From: an uncultured Bacillota bacterium
GTDB taxonomy: Bacteria > Bacillota > Clostridia > Christensenellales > UBA1242
Direction: 5' to 3'
Assembly (NCBI GenBank): GCA_947090235.1
Contig: CAMUNJ010000001.1
Coordinates: forward strand, 1 to 34,889
DNA length: 34,889 bases
In this document: positions 25,328 to 33,671 of the stretch, piece after piece
How the letters are laid out: each line of letters starts with the position of its first letter
How positions within the stretch are numbered: position 1 is the stretch's first letter
Program-made: the position numbers and the translations under genes
Notes under the pieces: generated by a model
What the model saw: only the letters and a program-made list of their open reading frames with translations
What the model was told of the DNA's origin: nothing
Databases searched by the model: none

Positions 25328-26372
25328 ATAATGTGTTATGTCTACACTTCTTACAAAGAGGTGCAAGTTGTAAGTTGTATTTTTTTATAATAGTTTCTGC
25401 TCTATTCAAAGTTTCCATCAATAAATCGGAAGGAGGAAAAGTTCCGATATTGTTATATGGAATGTAAGGGGATAACATTGGCATACAACCGCATTTGCAG
25501 ATTTCTTCAACTGCGGTCAATGTGTCTTCCACACTTTCCAGCCCAACGATAAGTCCAGACCTTACATTTTCTTTTCCGAAAATCTTGTTTGCAAGTTTTA
25601 AAAAAATGAAATATCTTTCTCTTCCTATTTTAAATTTTTCAGGACAATATTTTGAGCAAATCTTGTCGTTGAAAAGTTCAAGGTTAATAGAAAGCCCTTT
25701 CACCCCAATCTTTTTCAAATATTTGAGATAATCAAGGTATTGGTTTTCATCTAAGTAAGAATTAAAACCTCTTGGAGTCATCATTACATCAATTTCATAA
25801 TTAGAATAATTCTTGCAAAAGTATTCATATACCTCAGTCAAATATTCAAGATCCTCATTTTTTGGACTCCCTCCAGAAATTAAGATATGAGTGATACGAT
25901 TATCTTCTAATGCAACTTTTAAAGCAGCATCCATTGCTTCAATACTATTTTTTCTATATCTAATGGCATTCATTGAGCAAAATGCACAATGATTGTTGCA
26001 ACCTGAGATTGGAGAAATCCTTGCACGGTCAAAATGTGCATTAACGAAATCAGTTAAGAGTCCAAACCTATTTTTTTCGTTGTTTAGCATAAATTCACTA
26101 GGTTTCCAAATTTTGATTGGAATTAACTCTATTCCGTTTTCTTTAAGTATCAAAGAATCGCTTTTTAGTTCAATTTTGTATTCAGAACTTTCGTTTAAAT
26201 GAACTGTAACATACCAATCCTCAGTCAATTCAATCATAACACCAGTTGTTGTAACATAGTCATCATTATAAAACTTTTCACCAATCGTTTTATGTAGAAT
26301 AGTAAGTGCTTCATCAGAGATACTCACTCCATTCATCATTAATCGAATTTTAAGATTTTTAAAATTAATCAT
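25326..26372 (-). CDS. radical SAM enzyme with ~110-aa N-terminal extension and C-terminal Cys cluster
   Basis: CNNHCAFC (CxxxCxxC) at about residue 125. BioB/HydE-like TIM-barrel strand pattern (ILISGG; GLSINLE; GLIVGL). Extra cysteines at CKCGC and CKKC near the C-terminus. Confidence 0.8.
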   Translation of the reverse strand: MINFKNLKIRLMMNGVSISDEALTILHKTIGEKFYNDDYVTTTGVMIELTEDWYVTVHLNESSEYKIELKSDSLILKENGIELIPIKIWKPSEFMLNNEKNRFGLLTDFVNAHFDRARISPISGCNNHCAFCSMNAIRYRKNSIEAMDAALKVALEDNRITHILISGGSPKNEDLEYLTEVYEYFCKNYSNYEIDVMMTPRGFNSYLDENQYLDYLKYLKKIGVKGLSINLELFNDKICSKYCPEKFKIGRERYFIFLKLANKIFGKENVRSGLIVGLESVEDTLTAVEEICKCGCMPMLSPYIPYNNIGTFPPSDLLMETLNRAETIIKKYNLQLAPLCKKCRHNTL

Positions 26373-27348
26373 ATTTTATTCCTTCTATTTCTTTGCTTAT
26401 CATTATAAATTTTTTCTCATTGTAAAAACTTAGATAGTTCAATTCAAATATGCTTGGAAGTTTATTCTGAACAAGAATTTTGTCTAGTTCTTCTGATGAT
26501 GCTTGAAAACGAGGATTTATTTCCATAAAGAAAACTTCGGTTCCTTTGACAATATAATCAATCCCACCAATCCCGCGATAACCCAGAGCTTGCAATTTTT
26601 TTGTTATCTTTTGTGTTTGTGCTTTTATATTATCTTTAACTTTTTTGCCAAGTTTTTTGTATGCAGAGAAATTCCATCCATCATAACTTAATTGAGTTGT
26701 TATATTTATAATCTGGCAGGAGCCGTCAAATATAAGGGTGTGATTTTTTGAAATTATGAAAGTATTGTTGATAGAGATTGCATTCTCAACATACATTGAC
26801 ACTGAATAAACAACATTCTTATTTAATTGAGGGCGTATTTTATTTTCATTTTGTTTGTCTAAAACATATGTTCCTACACCACCAAAGCCAACGGGCTGTT
26901 GCACCACAAACCTCTCACAGGTTTCATCAAATTGTTTTTGTAATGATTTAAAAGATATATCTTTTCCTTTTATATACTTATAATCCAAAAGGCAAGCTTC
27001 ATTTTTTAATAACGAACGCGAAAGTGGCTTGTTGTTAAGTTTGTCAATAAATTTTAAATTATTTATACAGAGAAGACGATTTTTTCTGAGAAAATATTTT
27101 GCTCCAGCTTGATTGTACATCATGCATTTGGTTTGTTTGTCAGACTTAAAAAATATTTTTAAACACTTAATATAAAATTTTGATATTTTTTTGAAGTTTT
27201 CAAGTTTATTGTAATCAATATCTTTATTATAAATATCTTTGTAGTAGATAACATTTTCATTAGGCTCGCCAGAGATAAGAGCCGATTTTTTAAAAAAGTT
27301 AGTATTTTTAATAGTCCTTTCTTTTAGCCCAAAATAATAAATGTTCAT
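26365..27348 (-). CDS. ATP-grasp family ligase
   Basis: FVVQQPVGFGGVGTYV (P-loop-like glycine loop), GYRGIGGIDYIV and FFMEINPRFQASS (Mg/ATP-binding ExN motif). Its stop overlaps the radical SAM start (ATGATTAA). Confidence 0.8.
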   Translation of the reverse strand: MNIYYFGLKERTIKNTNFFKKSALISGEPNENVIYYKDIYNKDIDYNKLENFKKISKFYIKCLKIFFKSDKQTKCMMYNQAGAKYFLRKNRLLCINNLKFIDKLNNKPLSRSLLKNEACLLDYKYIKGKDISFKSLQKQFDETCERFVVQQPVGFGGVGTYVLDKQNENKIRPQLNKNVVYSVSMYVENAISINNTFIISKNHTLIFDGSCQIINITTQLSYDGWNFSAYKKLGKKVKDNIKAQTQKITKKLQALGYRGIGGIDYIVKGTEVFFMEINPRFQASSEELDKILVQNKLPSIFELNYLSFYNEKKFIMISKEIEGIKYD

Positions 27349-27377
27349 TTCTTTATCAAATTCCTCTTTTTACGTAT

Positions 27378-27407
27378 ATTTTAATATAGGAGAGGTATAT
27401 TTGTCAA
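27378..27407 (-). promoter_or_regulatory. promoter of the ATP-grasp/radical SAM operon
   Basis: Minus strand TTGACA (27407-27402), 18 nt, TAAAAT (27383-27378). AGAGGA RBS precedes the ATG at 27348. Confidence 0.55.
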
Positions 27408-27512
27408 CTGATTTAAAAGTTAAGCAAATTTAAACTTCATTAGTAATATAAGATTATTATTAAAAGCAACAAATGAGTGATAAAATATTCATTTGTCTAA
27501 TAAAATATTTTA

Positions 27513-28205
27513 ATGAAAACTACATTTTTAACAGTTAAGAAAAAATCAATTTTTGCAGTTTTGTTATGCGTTTTGCTTGCGGGCGGTTTTTGTGCCACTT
27601 ATTTTGGAGTTATGGCCAGCACAACGCCAAAGCCAGTGCATACCATTGTGATTGACGCGGGGCATGGCGGAATTGATGGTGGAGCAGAAGGCAAAACTAC
27701 TGGGGTGGCGGAAAGTGATTTAAACTTGGCCTATGCAAAAACTTTAAAGGGACTTTGCGAAGATTTTGGCATCGGTGTTGTTATGACTCGCAAAAACGAA
27801 AATGGGCTTTACTCACCCACTGCTTCCAATAAAAAGAAAAGTGAAATGGAAAAGCGTAAGCAAATTATTGAAGATAGCAACGCTGATTTAGTTGTCAGCG
27901 TGCATATGAATAGTTTTAAGTTATCCTCTTGCAGCGGTGCACAAGTTTATTATGCAAGCGGCAATGAGCAAGGTAAAATTCTTGCACAAAATGTACAGAC
28001 TTCACTTCATAATTCCTTTAAAAACGCGAAAAAACTACCTTCTGTTGGTGACTTTTTTGTTTTAAATTGCACTTCTAAACCCGGCATTTTAGTTGAATTT
28101 GGATTTTTATCCAATCCTCAAGAAGAGATAAATCTACAAAATAAAAATTACATGAAAAGCATGTGTTTCTCAGTTTTAGGTGGAATTTTAGAATTTTTTA
28201 AATAA
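27513..28205 (+). CDS. cwlD: N-acetylmuramoyl-L-alanine amidase, CwlD-like (Amidase_3 with N-terminal TM)
   Basis: IVIDAGHGGIDGGA, VSVHMNS and VEFGFLSN are the zinc and catalytic motifs of Amidase_3. A single N-terminal TM is typical of germination-specific CwlD. Confidence 0.75.
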   Translation: MKTTFLTVKKKSIFAVLLCVLLAGGFCATYFGVMASTTPKPVHTIVIDAGHGGIDGGAEGKTTGVAESDLNLAYAKTLKGLCEDFGIGVVMTRKNENGLYSPTASNKKKSEMEKRKQIIEDSNADLVVSVHMNSFKLSSCSGAQVYYASGNEQGKILAQNVQTSLHNSFKNAKKLPSVGDFFVLNCTSKPGILVEFGFLSNPQEEINLQNKNYMKSMCFSVLGGILEFFK

Positions 28206-28833
28206 AAAGTTTGCTTATACTCAAAGCGATTAAAACTAACCCGCTTAAAAAACTCAGGTTTACTTTACATTTTTTTGCAATCTTTTTGCCTAAAAAATTG
28301 CCTAATAAAATTGAAATTATTGAAAAAGCAAAGGCTACTACAAATAGTATCCATTGTACTTGGTTTTCAAGGCCATAAGACAAGCCGACTCCTAAACTAT
28401 CTATAGATAACATAAAGCCAAGTCCTAAACTTTCTATCGGCGATAAAATCTTATTGTTGTCTTTGTCTGTTTTTGACACATCTACAACGCTTTCAAATTT
28501 TATATCCTTGCCAAATAGAGAAAATTTTATAGGTTTATTTTTTCTTGCTCGAAATTGAACATAACTTTTAAAGATTTCACTTATAAGTTTAAATAATCCT
28601 ACACATAAAAGTAGAGCAAAAGATATGTATTTTATCACATCCTGAGATGCTATATTATTAAACAAATCACCAGCAAGACATGATATGAACAACATAAAAA
28701 TAGCAGTCAAAGACATGAGCAAAGCAGAAATAAAGTGTATTTTTATTTTACATGCCCCATATGCAAAGGCTGACATAAAACTATCTAAAGAAATTGTTAA
28801 AGATAAAATAAATATTTCAAGTAGGGTCGTCAT
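28198..28833 (-). CDS. ytaF: YtaF/MntP-family membrane protein (sporulation YtaF-like)
   Basis: Two repeated DUF204-type halves (LSLTISLDSF..AYG and MLSIDSLGVGLSYG). Start at ATG 28833 after GGAGAAG. It overlaps the cwlD-like 3' end by 8 nt. Confidence 0.6.
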   Translation of the reverse strand: MTTLLEIFILSLTISLDSFMSAFAYGACKIKIHFISALLMSLTAIFMLFISCLAGDLFNNIASQDVIKYISFALLLCVGLFKLISEIFKSYVQFRARKNKPIKFSLFGKDIKFESVVDVSKTDKDNNKILSPIESLGLGFMLSIDSLGVGLSYGLENQVQWILFVVAFAFSIISILLGNFLGKKIAKKCKVNLSFLSGLVLIALSISKLFI

Positions 28834-28884
28834 TTGTAAAAACTTCTCCACTTACATATTATTAATAACAATAAAAAAATGCCA

Positions 28885-29967
28885 TTAGGCATTCTTTACA
28901 TTTCCATTTTCAACCTTTAATATATTGGCATTCAACATCAAACTATACTCTGTGCATGTTATTATCGTCTGCGTTCGTGATGTGAAAGCCAAAAGCCTTT
29001 TTTGACGCTCTAAATCAAGTTCACTAAATACATCGTCTAGAAGCAAAATTGGATATTCCCCAGTTCGCTCCCTGATTATTTCTAACTCGGCCAATTTCAT
29101 AGATAAAGCGGCTGTCCTCTGTTGTCCTTGAGAGCCAAAGTTTTTAACTTCAACCCCATTTAAAAATATATCTAGATCGTCTCTATGCACGCCTATAGAT
29201 GTGTAGCCATGCTTGAAATCTTTTTCAAGATTTTTTTGTAAAGCCTTGAGCATTTCTTCTTTGAAATCTTTATCTTTTGCATCAAAACTATTGTAAGTAA
29301 TTTTTAATTGTTCACTTCCGCCAGATATATATGAATGTGCTTTCTCTGCATAAGGAGCAAGTTTTTCTATAAAATCTTTTCTTTCCAAAAATATTTTGTA
29401 GGCAAGATCTACTAATGCCCTGTCCCAAATGTCTATGGTGTCTTTTAAAACATTAAAATCTTTAGTTATTTTTAAGAGTTTATTTCTATTAGCCAAAACC
29501 TTTTCATACCTATTTAGTGCGTAAAAATATCTTTTATTGGTTTGTGAAATATCAATGTTCATAAACCTTCTACGCTCGTCTGGACTTTCTTTTACAAGTT
29601 TTAATTCTTGAGGTGAAAAAAACACTGCGTTAACATTCCCTAAAAGTTCGCCAATTTTTTTGATAGACACTCCATCAATTTTGATTGCTTTTTTACAAGA
29701 TTTATTAAAAATTAATTCTATTTCTACATCTCTATAAAGTCTAGAGAAGATTGCTTTTATATTAGAAATTTCCTCTCCCCATTTAATGGTTTCCTTTTCT
29801 TTACTAACCTTAAAACTTTTCCCAATAACAGCAAAAAAGATGGCTTCTAAAACATTGGTTTTGCCTTGTGCATTTTTGCCCACCAAAACATTAAGCCCCT
29901 CGCTAAACTTAATTATTTGTCTTTCATAATTTCTAAAGTTTTTAAGTTCAAGAGTATTTATTTTCAC
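28885..29967 (-). CDS. recF: DNA replication and repair protein RecF
   Basis: LELKNFRNYE, Walker A GKNAQGKTNVLEAI, SMC signature FGSQGQQRTAALSMKLAE, Walker B ILLLDDVFSELD. GTG start. Confidence 0.9.
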   Translation of the reverse strand: MKINTLELKNFRNYERQIIKFSEGLNVLVGKNAQGKTNVLEAIFFAVIGKSFKVSKEKETIKWGEEISNIKAIFSRLYRDVEIELIFNKSCKKAIKIDGVSIKKIGELLGNVNAVFFSPQELKLVKESPDERRRFMNIDISQTNKRYFYALNRYEKVLANRNKLLKITKDFNVLKDTIDIWDRALVDLAYKIFLERKDFIEKLAPYAEKAHSYISGGSEQLKITYNSFDAKDKDFKEEMLKALQKNLEKDFKHGYTSIGVHRDDLDIFLNGVEVKNFGSQGQQRTAALSMKLAELEIIRERTGEYPILLLDDVFSELDLERQKRLLAFTSRTQTIITCTEYSLMLNANILKVENGNVKNA

Positions 29968-30073
29968 GCATTTAGTATATCACTTTGTAAAAAGAAAATC
30001 AAACTTCTTTTTGTTTAATTTGTTTGCTAAAATTATTTATTTAAGATATAATTTTATATAAGGAGTTAAAATT

Positions 30074-31138
30074 ATGAAAAAGTGGTGGTTTTTTGCTTTA
30101 ACTTTATGTTTTATATTGCCTTGCTTTGCCTTTTTGGGTTGCTCTTCACCATTCACTGAAAAGGCTATTTGTAAGATTGGAAATACTTCTTATTCTTCTC
30201 TTGCTGAAGCAATTAACGATTGCGAAGAAGGTCAAACAATTTATGTTTATAATGATGTTAAAGAGAATTTAGAAAATGAAAATATAAAAGAACTTGGTCT
30301 TAACATTGCATCATCAAATGGAAATGTTTATGTTGAATATATTATCAACAAACCTATCACCATAATTGGAGTAGATAAAAACTATAAAAGCCCTAAAATT
30401 TATGGTTCTTTCAAAATTCAAATATCTTCAACCGCCACCCTAAACAATCTAGAAATTATAAATGATTATATCTCGCTTGAAAACGATGAACTAAATAAAC
30501 CTTATCAAGTTGCAATCAAAGTTTTAAATGGCAATCTAATAATGAAGTATTGCAATATTCACAAATTTCAAAATATAGATAACCAAGTTATTCAAGACAA
30601 CAACCTTTCTTGTTTAGGCGGTGTTGAAATTTTGAGAAAAGATAGCGAACTTGATGGTCAAGTTTTAAACTATCATTTAAGTAGCAATGAAATTAGTGGT
30701 TATAACAACTTTACTCAAACGCAACAATCTTTTGGAATAAGTTTTATATCAAACAGAGATGGGTTCACAAATTTAGAGCCTTTTACAATAAATTCTCAAA
30801 CTGATGATAGAATGTCAGTTTTAGAAAGTTCTAATAAAATAAGAGAAAACAACAACATTTTAACTCAGTTTTATAATGAAGAAAGCAAAATTTATGAATA
30901 TCTAAAAACCTATAACAAAGATTTGATAAAAGAAGACAATTTTGATGAAAACAGCACAGTTCACTTCTTGGGTGATTCTTTTGGTGGAGAAGAAAAAGTT
31001 GATTTTAATGTTTATGGACAAATGTCCTTCAAGTTTATAAAAAACCTTAATCTTATTATGAAAACTTCAAAAGCAAAAGTCCTTCCATGCCCAAGACAAA
31101 ATGTGACAGTTGTTCCTTTTATAGAATTGCCTCAATAA
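30074..31138 (+). CDS. lipoprotein, unknown function
   Basis: Lipobox AFLG-C and AAGGAG RBS. TTGCTA-17-TATAAT promoter upstream. Confidence 0.6.
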   Translation: MKKWWFFALTLCFILPCFAFLGCSSPFTEKAICKIGNTSYSSLAEAINDCEEGQTIYVYNDVKENLENENIKELGLNIASSNGNVYVEYIINKPITIIGVDKNYKSPKIYGSFKIQISSTATLNNLEIINDYISLENDELNKPYQVAIKVLNGNLIMKYCNIHKFQNIDNQVIQDNNLSCLGGVEILRKDSELDGQVLNYHLSSNEISGYNNFTQTQQSFGISFISNRDGFTNLEPFTINSQTDDRMSVLESSNKIRENNNILTQFYNEESKIYEYLKTYNKDLIKEDNFDENSTVHFLGDSFGGEEKVDFNVYGQMSFKFIKNLNLIMKTSKAKVLPCPRQNVTVVPFIELPQ

Positions 31139-31162
31139 AAAACATAGCCTAAGCCATGTTTT

Positions 31163-31804
31163 TTATTTTTGTTCTTCTTCGTTAGTCATTTTTTCTATGA
31201 TATATTCATCAACAACTTCAAACATAAGGTTATCTAGTTTTTCATTTCCCTTACAAAATACTGGAGAGTATTCGCATTCAAATCCATTGTTCTCTAAATC
31301 CTTCTCAGTAATTCCATTCTTTCTCATTGCCCAAGTAGTAAACCAGTTTTTATTTTGTAATTTATTAGTCATTGAATTTTTAGAGTAATAACACATTTCT
31401 AATCCACTAGCACGTTCTTTGTCTTTCATTAAAACCTTTTCTTTTCCATCAACTATAACTTTCAATTCTCCCCAAATAATTGAATCATTACTACTTCCTG
31501 AAGATTGAATATCTACTTTAAAAGTAAAATCGCTTCCTGTTTTATTTGAAAGTAGATTAGCCATATCATCATTAGAAATGATATTAGTTGAAGATAAGTT
31601 TTTTATAAGCCACAAAAAATTTGCAAGTCTTGTATTTAAATTATTTTTTTCTTTCTTTGATTGTTGGTCATAACAACTTTGAATTTGGCTTTGTTTTTCT
31701 TTTAATTCTTCTATTTGAGTATCTATAAGATCAAGTTGCTTTTGTTTTTCTTTTTGTAATAAACTTAAAATCTTCTTTCCTTTTTTAAAGTTTTTTTGAA
31801 GCAT
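31163..31804 (-). CDS. hypothetical protein (N-terminal coiled coil + globular domain)
   Basis: 213-aa ORF. The SD at its own ATG is weak; see the upstream small ORF and A7 tract. Confidence 0.5.
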   Translation of the reverse strand: MLQKNFKKGKKILSLLQKEKQKQLDLIDTQIEELKEKQSQIQSCYDQQSKKEKNNLNTRLANFLWLIKNLSSTNIISNDDMANLLSNKTGSDFTFKVDIQSSGSSNDSIIWGELKVIVDGKEKVLMKDKERASGLEMCYYSKNSMTNKLQNKNWFTTWAMRKNGITEKDLENNGFECEYSPVFCKGNEKLDNLMFEVVDEYIIEKMTNEEEQK

Positions 31805-31871
31805 TATTCATTTCTTCAAATTTTTCTTGTGTCAAAGAATAACTATTCAAAGATTTAATAATACCGTCCAT
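31785..31871 (-). CDS. 28-codon upstream ORF with strong RBS, overlapping the start of the 213-aa ORF
   Basis: AAGGAGAAAAATATG. It translates to MDGIIKSLNSYSLTQEKFEEMNNASKKL* and ends just after an A7 run (T7 on the plus strand, 31791-31797). Confidence 0.35.
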   Translation of the reverse strand: MDGIIKSLNSYSLTQEKFEEMNNASKKL

Positions 31872-31948
31872 ATTTTTCTCCTTAAAAATATTATAGCATA
31901 ATAAAGACATATGTCAAGATTAAATTTTTATTTTCAAAACAGTTATGC

Positions 31949-31977
31949 TTGACAAAAAAATATTGTGCGTTTATACT
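31949..31977 (+). promoter_or_regulatory. dnaA promoter
   Basis: TTGACA (31949-31954), 17 nt, TATACT (31972-31977). Confidence 0.6.
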
Positions 31978-32006
31978 TGTTTTTGTAAATTTAAAAGGTG
32001 GATGAA

Positions 32007-33359
32007 ATGCAAGAGTTAAAAAATATTTGGGCTACTATACTTGAAAAACTTGAACTTACAGTTTCTAATGTTTCTTTCGTCATGTGGTTTAAACCTCTCA
32101 AAGTTGTAGATCTTGTTGACAACAAAAAACTTGTTATTGCTACAAATTCAAGTTCTGCTAAAAACCAAATTCTTAGAAACTATATGGATAAGTTGAGCGA
32201 AGTTGTCTGCGATGTTATTGGCGAAAATGTTGAAATTGAGGTTTTAGATCAAAATGAAGAGATAGCCTACATTGAAAAAAACGGCGAAAAAAATGAGAAA
32301 AAAGAGGTTGAACTTACTAAAAATCCATTCAACGCCAAATATACTTTTGATAATTTTGTAGTTGGAAAAAGCAATCAGTTTGTTTATGCTGCAGCAAGAG
32401 CGGTGGCGGAACATCCTGGCGAAAAATTTAATCCTCTCTTTATTTATGGTGGTGTGGGTCTTGGAAAAACTCACCTTCTTCATGCTATAGGAAATTATTT
32501 GCGTGAATTTAATCCTAATTTAAAGGTTAGTTATATAACTTGCGAACAATTTGTAAATGCTTACACAGAAAGTTTGGGATCAAATGCTAAAATCAAGGCT
32601 ACTCTTGAATTTAGGTCTAAATATAGAAATCTTGATGTGTTAATGGTTGACGATATGCAGGCAATTGCTAACAAAATGGGAACTCAAGAAGAGTTTTTTA
32701 ACACTTATAACGAACTTTATCAAAACAACAAACAAATTATATTGACTTCAGATAGGCCACCAAAAGATATTCCTACACTAACAGATAGGCTTGTCTCTAG
32801 ATTTTCTAGCGGTATTTTACAAGATATTCAATCTCCAGACTTTGAAACTAAGGTTGCTATTTTAAGAAAAAAATGTCAACTTGAAAAATATGTTATAGAT
32901 GATGATGTTATCAACTACATTGCCGAACATGTAGATAGCAACATTCGAGAACTGGAAGGCATGCTTGCAAAGGTATATTTTTTAGCAAACATATTAGGCA
33001 AAAAATCTGCAACTATGGAAGAAGCCTTGGAAGCCTTTAATGGTCAAGCAGAAGAAGACAAAAATGAAGGTTATACTCCAGAAACAATTATCAAAGGTGT
33101 TTGCGATTATTTTGGTGTTTCTAAAGAAGACATAATTGGCAAAAAGAAAAGCAAAGAAATAGTAGAACCTCGTATGATTGCAATATATCTTATAAGTGAA
33201 CTCCTTGAGATGCCACTTGTTTCAATAGGAAAATTGTTTGGAGGTCGTGACCACACAACAATTATGCACTCTCGTGATAAGATTGCAGACGGAATGAAGA
33301 CATCTCATAAAACTCAAACCTTAGTAAACGAAATAAAGAAAATGTTGAAAGGTGGATAA
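32007..33359 (+). CDS. dnaA: chromosomal replication initiator DnaA
   Basis: LNAKYTFDNFVVGKSNQF, Walker A GGVGLGKTHLLHAIGN, Walker B LMVDDMQ, sensor and box VII (SDRPPKD; RLVSRFSSG), domain IV (REIVEPRMIAIYL..GGRDHTTIMHS). ATG 32007 follows AAGGTGGA; GTG 31998 is the alternative. Confidence 0.95.
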   Translation: MQELKNIWATILEKLELTVSNVSFVMWFKPLKVVDLVDNKKLVIATNSSSAKNQILRNYMDKLSEVVCDVIGENVEIEVLDQNEEIAYIEKNGEKNEKKEVELTKNPFNAKYTFDNFVVGKSNQFVYAAARAVAEHPGEKFNPLFIYGGVGLGKTHLLHAIGNYLREFNPNLKVSYITCEQFVNAYTESLGSNAKIKATLEFRSKYRNLDVLMVDDMQAIANKMGTQEEFFNTYNELYQNNKQIILTSDRPPKDIPTLTDRLVSRFSSGILQDIQSPDFETKVAILRKKCQLEKYVIDDDVINYIAEHVDSNIRELEGMLAKVYFLANILGKKSATMEEALEAFNGQAEEDKNEGYTPETIIKGVCDYFGVSKEDIIGKKKSKEIVEPRMIAIYLISELLEMPLVSIGKLFGGRDHTTIMHSRDKIADGMKTSHKTQTLVNEIKKMLKGG

Positions 33360-33560
33360 CTTCTATCTACTTATCCCCAGTTTATCCACCATTTATCCAC
33401 ACAGGCACTCCTGTTTCTAATTCTATATATAGTGTAATTGAAGATAAAAAATTAAAAATAACAACAATATACATACAGTCACAAAAGTTGTCCACATTTA
33501 CACACAGCCTAATAATATTACTACTACTAAATAAAAATATTAAAATATATATTCAACACG
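33351..33560. other. oriC: oriC candidate: DnaA-box cluster plus AT-rich unwinding region in the dnaA-dnaN spacer
   Basis: Boxes: GGTGGATAA (33351-33359, inverted, overlapping the dnaA stop), TTATCCCCA (33371-33379), TTATCCACC (33382-33390), TTATCCACA (33393-33401), TTGTCCACA (33488-33496). TACTACTACTA tract at 33519-33529. Nearly pure A/T at 33510-33556. Confidence 0.75.
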
Positions 33561-33594
33561 CACGCGAACAATAAAAAAATCAAAGGCAAAAAAG

Positions 33595-33623
33595 TTGCTT
33601 TATTCTACAAAATGTGTTATAAT
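33595..33623 (+). promoter_or_regulatory. dnaN promoter (extended -10)
   Basis: TTGCTT (33595-33600), 17 nt, TGtTATAAT (33615-33623). Confidence 0.6.
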
Positions 33624-33671
33624 ATTTTTACGCTAGAAAAAAGCAAATTTATATTTTTAGGAGAAAAATTT

